A stretch of 64,000 bases of DNA from Octopus sinensis (taxonomy: Eukaryota): positions 49,600,001 through 49,664,000 of the forward strand of contig NC_043008.1 in NCBI RefSeq assembly GCF_006345805.1. The letters are read 5' to 3'. Below, piece by piece: positions 49,882 to 61,605 of the stretch (its first letter is position 1; every line of letters starts with the position of its first letter). The translations under genes were made by a program, and so were the position numbers. A model generated the notes under the pieces. It worked only from the letters and a program-made list of their open reading frames with translations, had not been told where the DNA came from and made no database searches.

Positions 49882-51536
49882 TTAAATTACGCGCCATCTT
49901 TAAAAAGATTGCAGAAAATTTTGGACAAGGGTTAAACAAGAACCGACATATTATGACTAGCCAATAGCATGAACACCACTACACAGCACTGATGAGGTCA
50001 GTCGTAGTTATCAGTGCTGGGGGTTGCCACGATGAAAAATATATACTGGATTAACGAAAATTGTGTTGTGTGTATGCATGTGCATACATGTGTGTGTGTG
50101 TAAGCCTTGGGTGTGTTTGGTTGGCAGTCGTGTGTGTGTGTGTGTGTGTGTGTGCATGTTACATAATGTTAGTGTTGTAGTGACGGTGTGGTAATAATAA
50201 ATGTAAAAGTATAGACTGCAGTAAGTGGTTACCATGGTGGAATTATTGATGATGGTGATGATAATGGTGATGGTGGGAAGTCACAATAAAAGTCAGTCGG
50301 TCGTTTCTATAATTACATTGATAAAAGAAGCGAGGAGATAATTAGTCTCTGTGCATGTTAAAGCCGTTGATCGGCCCAGTTGTTAAAGCATTGGACAACT
50401 GCCTTGCAGCAATGGCTCCAGTTCTTCATATTCTGACTGCAAATAACACCAAGATCGGTGCTCTCAGGGTCAGTAAAGTGCTAACCAAACACTGGGAATC
50501 GATTCTGTTTTCTTTTTCTATTTCCTTTTTTTTCTTTCTCTCTTTTTTCCCCCGTCTTCTCTTATTTGCCCTGAAAGGAGATTATTGGGCGTAGGGGTTC
50601 ACTCACATTGGTCCTTCCCTCCAAGAAGTCATAGGAGAGGATGCTTGCAACTTTGTAGCTAACCTCATCATCATCATCGTTTAACATCCATTTTCTGTGC
50701 TAGCACAGGTTGGACGGTTCGACTGGGGTCTGGAAAGCCAGGAGGCTGTACCAGGCTCCAGTCTGATCTGGCAGTGTTTCTACAGCTGGATGCCCTTCCT
50801 AACGCCAACTACTGTGTAGTTGGGTGCTTTTTACGTGCCACCAGCACAGGTGCCAGGGGAGGCTGGTAGCAACCATGATCGGTTGGTGCATTTTATGTGA
50901 CACCGGCACGGAAGCCAGTCAAGGCGGCGCTGGCATCGGCCATGTTCGGATGGTGCTTTTTAAAAACTATTCCAAGAAGTCAGGATGGCAAATGCAGACA
51001 GTGTGTAGGATGACCAAAGGTTTTCTTTCTGAAAAAAAACGTATACATACATCTACATATACACACACTTACATAAGTGCATAGATGCATGCAGGTATAA
51101 TTAAAGGCACAGAAGGTTCAGACGCATTTGTACTGTTAACCTTAGGGATTGTAATGTAGTGTTGTCAGTTTGTTAGTCTTGAGGCAAATAAGGAAGGAAT
51201 TATCAATGTTACTTTTAATGTGATATTGGGTTCAATCCTACTGGACAGCACTTCAGGCAAATGTCCTCTACTAAAGCCCTGAACCAACTGAAAAACTTGT
51301 GAATGGATTTGGTTGATGGAAACTGAAAGAAGCCCATGTGTGTATATCTTGTTTCCTTCATTAGATTGTGGCCATACTGTGACACCGCCTTGAAGAATTT
51401 TAAGTATGACACTTCAAGAAAGTGTCTTCTATAACCTTGGGTGGACCAATCCTTGAGTGAATTTGGTAGATGGAAACTGCATAGAAGCCCATTGAGTATG
51501 GGTGTGTGTGTGTATGTATATATATATATATTATAA

Positions 51537-52184
51537 AACAAAGATGTTCAGGTGTCAATTTATTATGCCCATTTCAAGTATCTCCATTTAATTGACTAAT
51601 GAAAACATTACATCAGTTTGAAAGAAACTGTTCTCATATGACCAAATAGGCTTCAAACAAAGGATAAACCATTTTTAACAAATTTACATAAATAATGGAA
51701 ACCAAAATATTGACATTGTTTCCTTTGTGACAGAATGAGAATATTTTGGTTTCCATTATTGATGCAAATTTGTTAAAATATGGTTTATTCTTTGTCTGAA
51801 ATCTATGCAGTCCTCTGACAAGAACGGTTTCTTTCAAATTAATGTAAAGTTTTCATTAATTAATGAAATGGAGCAACTTTGAAAAACTGTTCTCATCAGA
51901 TGACCACATAGACTTCAAACATAATGGATAAACCATTTTTTTTTTTTTAAATTTACATCAATAATGGAAGCCAAAATATTCTCATTCTGTCACAAAAGGA
52001 AACAATGTCAATATTTTGGTTTCCATTATTTATGTAAATTTGTTAAAAATGGTTTATCCTTTGTTTGAAGCCTATTCGGTCATATGAGAACAGTTTCTTT
52101 CAAACTGATGTAATGCTTTCATTAGTCAATTAAATGGAGCTGCTTGAAATGGCCATAGTAAACTGACACCTGTACATCTTTGTT
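51537..52184. repeat. 648-bp loop-less palindrome composed of two hairpins
   Basis: Outer ~235 bp differ by about 10 substitutions and 1 indel; centre is the 18-bp palindrome TTTCATTAATTAATGAAA (51851-51868). Confidence 0.9.
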
Positions 52185-53469
52185 ACCTTGGAATCTGTAC
52201 TTCGGAAATACTATAGAAAGTACCTTTTATAAAAAGTACACGTCTGAATTACCAAGAGCAGATATCTTCATTTAGCTGGGTTGTGTTGTCTACACACACG
52301 GCAGGAATATTGGGTACAAATACCCCTACATGGAGTCTTGATATTCAATATTCAAATAATATTGTTGGGGTGTGCGGATTATACTGAACTGGTAAGGTAC
52401 CTCAATTTAAGGACCCAACTCAACTGAATCTTGTGTGTGTGGTTGTCAAGCAGTGGTGGTGTATAGTTTGACACTTATTCTCCAGAGCTTTTTTGCCAGA
52501 CTTATGTCCTGGGGTCAATTTGTGTGATTGCACCCTTGAAGGCAATGCTCCAACATGGCTCCAATGACTGAAACAAGTAAGATAAGATTTCCATCAAGTT
52601 TGCTTCCCACTGTGTGGCAACTTGGGTAAGTGTCTTCTACTGTTGCCCCAAGTCAACCAAAGGCTTGTGAGTATATTTGGTTGATGGAAACTGGAAGAAG
52701 CCTGTGTTTATGTCCCCACAACTTAGCAGTTCAATAAAAGTGACCAATAAAATAAGTACCTGGCTAAAAGTAACGGGATTGATTCATTTGACTAAAAATG
52801 TAAGGCAGTGCTCCAGCAAGGCTGAAACAAGGTGTATATAACCTAGCTTAGTTCACTCACTCACTTCCTGTCCTTGCTTGATGGGGTTGGAGTCATCCCG
52901 AGTGGCTGGTTCCAGAGGTATCATTGTATATAGAGCTGACCAGGGCCACCAGTGTCCCCCACATATGTCTGTATATGCATGTGTTTGGTATACGTGTTTA
53001 TAAGAATTTCATCTTTCCACCAATCTTGAAAACGATTTAACCTTTAGAGTTAACGATACAAAATAATTGAAGGTAATAATTATTATTTCTCCCTGAAGTA
53101 CAAAATTACAATTAAATTGATTTCATTAATTGCCTGGTCTTTAATTTATTGAGTTTTGAAAATCTGATACTTCGCAGGAGTTTCAGCTTGGAAATTAAAG
53201 GGAAGTAACTTTATATCGTAAGGTCTGTACGAGGGACTCGGTTACGTGGATATTTGGATATTGTCACTAGATATTTACATAGACTGACGCAGATTCACTG
53301 ATGTCTCATTACTTTCGTTTGTCACTCCTAACTGAATCTACTTCCTATGCTTAATTAGTCCCCCCGTTTTTTCTTTTGTTTTTTTGGGTTTTTTTTACAA
53401 ACTATGTGCTGACAGGAAGGGCACTTGATTGTAGAAATCTGTCTCAAAGTCACACACACACAGGTCTTT

Positions 53470-53800
53470 TAGCCCATTCTTTCATCTTGTCTATCCAGTA
53501 TCTTCTCAGTTTTCCCTTTCCTTGTTTCCCATTGACTCTTCCTTCTGCGATGTAGATGTTGAGGTCCTGGGCCCTGGGGACATGCCCGAAATACTGCAAC
53601 TTTCCCTTCTTCACAGTTGCCAAGAATTCTCCTTCCCTTCATATTTTCTCATCTCCCAATTTGTTTGATGGTCAGTTCAGCTGATTGTCAGAAATCTTGG
53701 GCAATTCATTGTTTCAAATGCTTTCAGTTCGGCAGTGTTTTTCTCCAGTAGCACGAATTCTGTTGCAATGCATTCGGACCAGTTTCCTGGTTTCAGGATA
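53470..53800 (-). pseudogene. RTE LINE ORF2 C-terminal remnant just upstream of GRHPR-like exon 2
   Basis: Minus translation LKAFETMNCPRFLTIS*TDHQTN...FLATVKKGKLQYFGHVPR...EGRVNGKQGKGKLRRYWIDKMKEW fits the RTE motif KKRKLQYFGHV.R...EG.V.GKRGRGRP...W.D.IKEW. Confidence 0.75.
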
Positions 53801-53940
53801 CCCCCACCCACCAGTCTTGGTAGCCCTGTAAAGGCTTCCTTCTGCCAAGACAGGAAAAAAACAAACAAATTGTTTCATATTTGGAAGTAAGTTTTGATGT
53901 AGGAAATTGCTCAGAAATGTTTGTTCAATCTGTTTTCCAG

Positions 53941-54111
53941 GTCCTAGTCTGAAGGTAGTGTCCACTTTGTCGGTTGGCTATGAACACATTGATTTGAAGG
54001 CATGCAAAGCACGCAACATCATTGCGTGTAACTTGTCGAAGATTTCCACCGATTGTGTTTCAGAGTTTGCGGTTACTTTAGCGTTGGCGGTTAGTAGACG
54101 CATTGAAGAAG
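53941..54111 (+). CDS. GRHPR: GRHPR-like coding exon 2 (171 nt, phase 1/1)
   Basis: Acceptor TTTTCCAG|GT, donor G|GTAAGT; GPSLKVVSTLSVGYEHIDL...RRIEEG continues exon 1 in frame. Intron 1 is 24458-53940 (29483 nt). Confidence 0.93.
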
Positions 54112-54600
54112 GTAAGTGCCTCAGTTCTTAACCATTTTCTCAACTGCATGCTTATGTTATTCCACCTTCTACACAGAAAATCTCTAGATAGAGTAAGGTT
54201 TGGATCACTTGATATATATTCTTAAATAACCATTCCTTAAACCCAGTTAAGAATACACACCTTCTCTCTCCCAATATATATATATATATAGCTGTGTCTC
54301 TCCCTATATCTATCTCTGTATGTGTGTGTCTCCTCGTCTGCCTCTTTGTGTGTGTGTGTCTCTGTTTGTGTCTGTCTGTGTTTGTCTCTGTCAGCCTTAA
54401 AGCTTAACAGTATTTAGCAGCATCCATCCTTCCTCTATTCTTTCTTCAATTGTTTTCATCGCACCCCCACCCATTCTGAGGTTGATAAAATAAGTATTAA
54501 TGATGAACTAAATTTTAATCATTGATTACGGCTCTTAACATTTCTAACCTTTTGCTAATGCAAAAAAAAAAAAGTAAGAAATATTTCTTTTTATTTTAAG

Positions 54601-55199
54601 GTATTGCTGCTGTTCGAAATGGCAACTGGGGCCTCTGGAAACCAATGTGGATTTTAGGATCTAGTTTTGCAAACCGTACCATAGGAGTCCTTGGTATGGG
54701 CAGAATTGGATATGGTGTGGCTCGGCGTATGAAAGCTTTTTGTATTTCTCGTTTGATCTACCATGATATCAAAGAATCATCATTTGCCCAAGAACTTGGA
54801 GCAGAATTTGTTGATCTGGAAACTTTACTGAAAGATTCGGATGTCATCTGTATTTGCTGTAACCTGACTCCAGCTACGCATTATCTCTTCAACAAGGAGA
54901 ACTTCAAGAAGATGAAGAATACGGCAATTCTTATCAATACCAGTCGTGGCGGTGTCATCAATCATGATGATTTGTACGATGCACTAAAAAATCATGAAAT
55001 TGGTGCTGCCGGACTTGATGTCACTGAGCCTGAACCCCTGCCGAAAGAACATCGTCTCAACTCGCTACCAAACTGTGTCGTCACACCGCATATGGGTAGC
55101 AACACTTGGGAAGCTCGGAACAACATGTCTTACAATGCTGCTCTGAACATTGTTTCCGTCTTCGAGAACCAAACTCCTATAGGAAAGATTAAGAATTAA
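54601..55199 (+). CDS. GRHPR: GRHPR-like coding exon 3 (599 nt; total CDS 975 nt, 324 aa)
   Basis: Acceptor TTTTAAG|GT; WGLWKPMW, Rossmann GMGRIG, INTSRG (R241), LDVTEPEPL (E270), TPHMGS (H289): catalytic triad of D-2-hydroxyacid dehydrogenases; stop TAA 55197-55199. Confidence 0.95.
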
Positions 55200-57400
55200 A
55201 GAAGCTTTCAGAAAAAGTCACATCATAAAGAGATCATAATTACCATTGTTATAATTATTATTATTATTGTTGTTATGAACATTATTATATCATTAGGGGG
55301 CAGTGGATTAGCGGAATCATTAGAGCATTGGACAAAATGCCTTATGGTATTTAGTTACTGCTCTTGATGTTCTGAGTTCAAATCCTACTGAGATCAACTT
55401 TGCCTTTCATCCTTCCAAGGTTGATAAAGTATCAGTGAAAAACTGGGGGGAGGGATATTAGTCAACACCCTCCCCGCTTACAAATTTGTAGCCATGTGCC
55501 CTATGTTTGAAATTATTATTGTTGTTGTTATTCAGGAGCACGGTGGCTTGGCAGACTTGTTAGAGCATCGGTGAAATACCTTGTGGTATTTGTTCTGGCT
55601 CTTTATCCTCTGAATTCTAATTCCACCAAGGTCAACTTTGCCTTTCATCCTTTCGTGGTCGATAAATTAAGTACCAGTCATGTACTGGGGTCGATATTAA
55701 GACTGTTCCCCTTGCTCCAAATTTGTGGTCATGTGCATTTGTCAGATCATTATTATTATTATAATTATTGTAATTTAAGTGTTAGAGTGCTGGACCAAGT
55801 GCTTTGCAGTACTTAGTTCTGTCTCTTTTCACAATTCAAATCCTGTTGTGGTTGAATTTTTCCCCTCTTCATCACTCCAGGTTTGATAAAAATCTGTCTT
55901 TTTCAAGTTTGTGGCCCCTGTGCCAAACTTATTACCTCCCTATCTGTTGTTGCTATTATTATTATTATATTTCATATTTTTGTTGGTAAATGCTTTCTGT
56001 TTTACAATGATTATAATTTGGCATAAAGTAATATCTCACTCTATATTTCTTAATTATGATGACCACATTAATTACAAATTTTTTAATTATTATTTTTTTA
56101 TGAGGTATTGGATCTCTGAGTTTATAGAGAGGTGAGTTTCCAATCAAAGACATATATATTTCTATATAATATATATTTCTCAAAAATTACTAATGCCACT
56201 ATTCTTGACTTTTTTGGCCTCTTTGATAGTTAATCTTATCTAAAGTGAGTTATTCTCAATTCAAATTCTTGGGTTAGTAGATAAAATTTAGTTTTAGAAA
56301 CTGGTCACTTTTTGACCATTGTGGTCATTTAAAAAAACAAAACATGACCAAGTAGCTAAGTATATCAGCTCCTTTCGAAAAGTGAATGTTGAGAGGTTTG
56401 TGTGTAAAGTGAAAGAAATTGGTCCCGATGTGATAAAGAACCCTCAACCCAATTCTTGCTTTTCAAAGTTCAATTTTTTTTCTTTGTATGTTCAGTTGGA
56501 TAAAGAAGGCACAGCACTTTCCATCAAAGAAGTTTCTGGAAAATAGTAAGGGATGAAAATTGTTCCATTATAAGGAGATTAAACTTCTTTTTTTGGCTTT
56601 TTCTTAAATCCTGGGTTAATCCTTGTTCCATCCCTTAATGCAACCTAGAGGTAGAATCCTCTTCCATTCACTTAAGTTCTCACTCATACTTGAGTGAAAC
56701 TGTTAACTATCTTAACTCAAATATTCAATTATCATGTATGTGATAAACAGTGCCAACTGACTGACCCCCTCCCGCCCCTTTCCTAATCAAAGACAAGGGC
56801 GAAACAATCCTTGTCCCACACTATGCCTCACTTCCAAGAAAGAAGTGTAGCTTTCCTTCTCTTTCTGCTGTCAATGTTGTCGGAGGGATTTCGTACCCCA
56901 AACACTGCAACACAATGAAACCTTTGTTAATTATGCACCCCTCCCCTTCCCCATCTTCAGTTGCCTGCAGATGAGCTGTGCCTCCCCATTTGCAGCAAGG
57001 TGATAGACTGCACCAGAAATTTGTAGTATTGTGAGTACGCATATGTGTGCACACTACAAATTTCAATATGAACATATATACACACACGAGTGTGTATATA
57101 TATATATATACATATAATATGCATGTATGTATATTAGGTACATGTTTATTCTATTATGTTATGCAGTTGACCAAAATTTTTATTTTATTCCAAACAAATT
57201 TATACACATATACTTACTACAAGGATATTTTAACCTCTTATAAGGATAGTTTTATCCAAGAAATCCTGGTTTAATATCTTATGCTTTGAAGAGAGATTTC
57301 TTCAATAAATATATTATAAAACATCAGTTTGAAAATGGAGAGATTCAAAGGATATAAATTAATCTGTTAATTAATCAATATTGCCCTACAATTGTTTCAC

Positions 57401-57624
57401 TTCACACCCAGTTTAAATTACAAAACATATACAATGATATAAGTTTACATTTCGAATAGTCTGGGTTGAAGATCTTCAGGGCAAAATAAACATTATAGAG
57501 TTTACATTCTGGTCAATTGAAATACTCCAACAGACTCCATAATGTCCAATTTGCCCTGATCTTCCACCCAGACTACTCAAAGTGTGAACTTATATTATAT
57601 TTTGTAATTTAAATTGGTTGTGAA
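57401..57624. repeat. Fold-back element, ~95-bp arms, ~35-bp spacer
   Basis: TTCACACCCAGTTTAAATTACAAAA...AGTCTGGGTTGAAGATC..CAGGGCAAA pairs with TTTGCCCTGATCTTCCACCCAGACT...TTTTGTAATTTAAATTGGTTGTGAA. Confidence 0.75.
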
Positions 57625-58699
57625 GGCAATGATAAATAATAAATTTATACCCATTGAATCTCCATTTCCAAACTTATATATTATTATTATTATTATTTCT
57701 ATCTTTTGAGATTACAATTTTTGCAAATATTTCTTCTTTTACTACCAATGCTGCTACTACTTCCCTGACATTGTCTTCATCTTATTCTTCTCCTTTTGCT
57801 TGTTGTTCTTCTTCTCCTCTTACTCTTGTCTGTTTTGTTATCTCTCTTTTGCTTCTTGCTTTTCCTCCTGCATTTCTTTCACATTTTCTTTTAAAAATCT
57901 TTAGTAGTTAAAGTGTTGTGGTAGATCTAGAAATTATAGCTAATCTAGATGTAAAAACAAACCCTTATTTCTATTTTAAAATAACCTTTTTCTAATGTTT
58001 AAGTTTATCTAAAAAGCTGGTTGTATGGTGAGAGAATGGATAGAGAATGTGGCTGGGTTTGGAAAATGTAATAAATATGATGGCATTCTTTATAGACAAT
58101 CCTAGACATAAACATAAGAATGGCATTATGTGAGTTGGATGAGACTGGAGATTAAAAAAGAATTAATGTATCTTTTGTTGTTGCTAATCAGGTGATGAGA
58201 TGAAGGTAGGATCTCATGCGTGCGTGTGTGCATGCATGCATATGTGATGTAGTAATTTGCGACTTAAGGAGAGTGGAGTATTCTTGAAGAAAAGTAGAAA
58301 TAGTTGAAACAATAACATTGTGTAGCAGATCCGTCCAACCCATGCCAATTGTGACGATATCACACTTTAAAGATCTGTCCAAACATCTTGCCATTTATGG
58401 TAAACTCACATTTTGAAGATCTGTTCAACCCAAGCCCAGAGTGATGAAATCATGAATGTCTTGTGATGATTATGATTTTGAAAATAATCTCCATACCAGT
58501 TGCATTTCAATTGTTTCGTTGGTTTGCAATAGAAACATGCCAAATTTATTATTATTATAACTGTAGCTATTGTCTATTTTGTTTGTTTATTATTATTATT
58601 ATCATTCTGTTAGATATTATCATTTTTGTTTTATTGTTCTCTAGAGTTTAATATATCTGAAAATAAATTGCTTTATTCTCTCAACTTTGTCTTTGAGTC

Positions 58700-58960
58700 A
58701 TTATTTATGCATGTAACTCATATAAATGATGGAAATAAAGTTGTGAGGCAACAGTGTTATTATACAGAGAGAGAGATGTATTGTGATGAGGTTAAACCAT
58801 TTGTAGAAGAAAATCCAGGAAGACCTGCAAATGGAGTGGTGGAGGCTGATCTCAGGACTTTGAACCTCATGCAGAAGACTACAAAGGACGAGGAGGACTG
58901 ATGGTATGTGGTTCTCAAGAAGATCCACCCAACTTGATCAAAAATGATTTTGAAAGCATA
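58700..58960 (+). pseudogene. RTE LINE 3'-end remnant
   Basis: VEENPGRPANGVVEADLRTLNLMQKTTKDEED*WYVVLKK resembles GRPRKTW.EVV..DLRTL.L....T.DR..W...V.KK. Confidence 0.5.
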
Positions 58961-61383
58961 ACCCGGCCCAATTTCTTCCTAAAAACATTCCCACCACTCA
59001 TATCCTCTCCACCCACATTTTACATTGATCACTCCCTTGAGTCACCAAATTATCTCCCCTTCACCACCATACATCTCTCTCATTCACTACCCCCACTCTT
59101 ACAGCCTATCCAACCATGTCCTCTCCCCATATTTTCTTTCCTCTGTCCACTGTATCACTTACTATTCTGCTGCTATTCATCTACCTTTTTTTTTTCTTCT
59201 TTTCCCACTGTCATCTTCTCTCCTCCTCTACTTTTATCATCCTTCAAAATTTGTTTGTCATAGTAATCATCCTCACCCATTCTTTATATCTAACCATCTC
59301 CTTTGCAAAGCTACCTACCTACACACCTGTTCAATTATCCCCAATCACTTGTATTCATCTTGTACCTTGAAATCCACCCAGATACCTGTCACCATTACTT
59401 TTATCTCTTTCCAGTTCACCCTGATCATTTTTTCTAAAGCTGTGTTGCATCTCTACAGTCAATGAACTAGTTCTAACCCCTTCTTGCCCAGTTTTTATCC
59501 CTTATCCCCTAGTATAAAGTTATCCCGATCTCTACTGTAGCCTCACTCAACTGAAGGTTATCAGTTTTTGGGGTTGCATGGTGACTGCATTAGGGCTAGA
59601 GCCACGAAAAAAAAAAAAAAAACCACCCAGTACACTCTGTAGTGTGATTGTGCAAGCCATAGAATCCATGCCAAAGCAGATATGAGAGCTTGATGCAGTC
59701 CTTCGATCACTTGGATCTTATAAAACCATCCTGCATGGAAAACTGATGTTACATGATAATTAAAATCATAATTACTGGAATTTGACAAACCAATGACAGA
59801 ATCTGTGTAATTATTAATATATATTATTTTAATTAATGTGATTGCAACATAGATGACACAAGTTAGCCATTCAGAAATGCTCTAACACCATCAACTTCAT
59901 TGAAACATTCATTTGTAATATAATCAAAATTTACAGCACTTGAAACTCTGACCTCTTCAGACAAAGAAGTTCTACTGCATCACATTCTGAATGGCGAACT
60001 TTGATATTTCTTTAATTTCAGCACAAGTCCAAACATTTGAGATGCAGAATACATCTCCATACTTTTTAATTAATGTTTCCTTAAAAAGGACATCACCTAC
60101 GAGGCCCTCCAGTTTAGGAGCTTAGAAACTGGAGAGAGGAAGTTTGTTAAACTGGAGATCTGGCCTGAATGATTCAACCAAGTAGGATTTACAAAAAGCC
60201 AGGACCCAGTGGTGGTGGTGGTGTTATCTCCTGCAATTGAGATAACCAGGAATGGTCCCAGCAATGGGGTTCCACACAGTTTCTGTTTACCAAATCTCAC
60301 TCGTAAGTCTTCACTTCAATTGAGGCTGTCGTAGAAGACCTGTAAGCAAGGTTATGCCTGAATGCCATTTCCATTACCAATCCTTTGGCTGGCCATGTTT
60401 TTGTGGCAGACTGCAAATGACACAACTTTTATAACAGCAACACTCATTAAAAACCATGTCAAGGACGTTTGCACACACACACATATGATGGATTTCTTTC
60501 AATTTCTGTCTACCTGTTCTACTCACGAACTCTGGTTAGTATGGTGCTATAGAAGACACTTCCCCAAAATGCCATGCAGTGGGAGTGAACCTGAAACTGC
60601 GTGGTTGGGAAGCAAACTTCTTACCATACAGACAGAATTTGTTGAGGTACAATTCCTGCAGCCGGATGTTCTTCCTGTCACCAACTCTCACCTGTTTCAA
60701 AGCAACGTAATATTACTGCCCCCCCACAATGGCCCAGCATGGTCTTCACTCCACAATTGAAATGAACAATCATTTGCAACCATCACTTGGTGTCTAGATA
60801 AAGGTGTGCACGAACACCAACATTTTATATATATATGGGATTTTGGCCTTTCAGTTTCTCTCAAGCAAATCCACTCACATGGCTTTGGTTGGCTTGGGGC
60901 TATAGTAGAAGACATTTAATCTAATTTCTATTACAGGTTGCTAGAATAGTTTAAAACTTGTGCAACACACAATATCTCTGGCTTCGTTCCCCTGCTTATA
61001 TATGTTGGGTGCAAATTGCATCGATAACCAGCTAGAGGAAGCATCCCCTTGGGGTTAAAAATAGTAGTAACATCAGTTCGTATGGAACAGCCATGAAGTG
61101 GTGACAAGCATTGCTTCTCTGACTTCAATTTCTTGAATTGTTTTCAAAATTATTAACATTTGGTTAATTGATGGTGTCAGGGAGATGGGTTCATAGAAAT
61201 GAGTACTTAGTCCAAGAGTACAACACATTGTACTTTGTTGTAAAAGGATATGTTTGATGGACCATGAGAAGGAAAATTAGCAGAAGTCTGTGGTAAGAGT
61301 AACCCTAATTTCCAAATTATTTTAACAGAAATGGTTAATGACGACCGTAAAACACAAAATCTTCATTGAAATAATGTCAACAA

Positions 61384-61605
61384 TTATTCAAAATCGTCAA
61401 TATTTTCATATTCCAGGTGGCTGAGGAAAGCATTGCTATATGAAGGCAAGCAGTTTTCGTCAGAAAACATTCGAACAGGGCTTCTAAATGGGTTGATTAT
61501 GGGTGCCGTTAACCGAATTCCGGATTTCAGTTTCTTCAGAGACATGGCTGACCAGTCATGACTGTGTTGACAAAATTCAGTGAAATAGGCAGCAATGTTC
61601 TCTTT
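61384..61605 (-). CDS. ZMYND15: Terminal coding exon of a ZMYND15/MSS51-like gene (73 aa plus stop)
   Basis: Acceptor TTTTTGTTTTTATTTTTCAG| at 61606, phase 0, open KENIAAYFTEFCQHSHDW...NPFRSPVRMFSDENCLPSYSNAFLSHLEYENIDDFE*; fits the remembered ZMYND15 C-terminus (PAFFTE...NPFRSPFR...DN....Y.NAFIFHL.Y). Absent from the ORF track. Confidence 0.8.
   Translation of the reverse strand, partial: KENIAAYFTEFCQHSHDWSAMSLKKLKSGIRLTAPIINPFRSPVRMFSDENCLPSYSNAFLSHLEYENIDDFE

Noticed and set aside
53887-53896. GTAAGTTTTG identical to the first 10 nt of intron 1, 54 nt before exon 2
   Set aside because: Not preceded by AG, so not a recursive site; exons 1 and 2 already join without a gap in the protein; a chance donor-like match is plausible.
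24458-53940. A nested protein-coding gene in intron 1
   Set aside because: All protein-like segments I could translate are LINE or transposase remnants; no exon with both splice sites and a credible frame, though small exons could be missed by eye.
53907-54131. ORF-track start MLRNVCSICF for exon 2 and MWILG start at 54645
   Set aside because: These start in intron or mid-exon; splice sites define the real frames.
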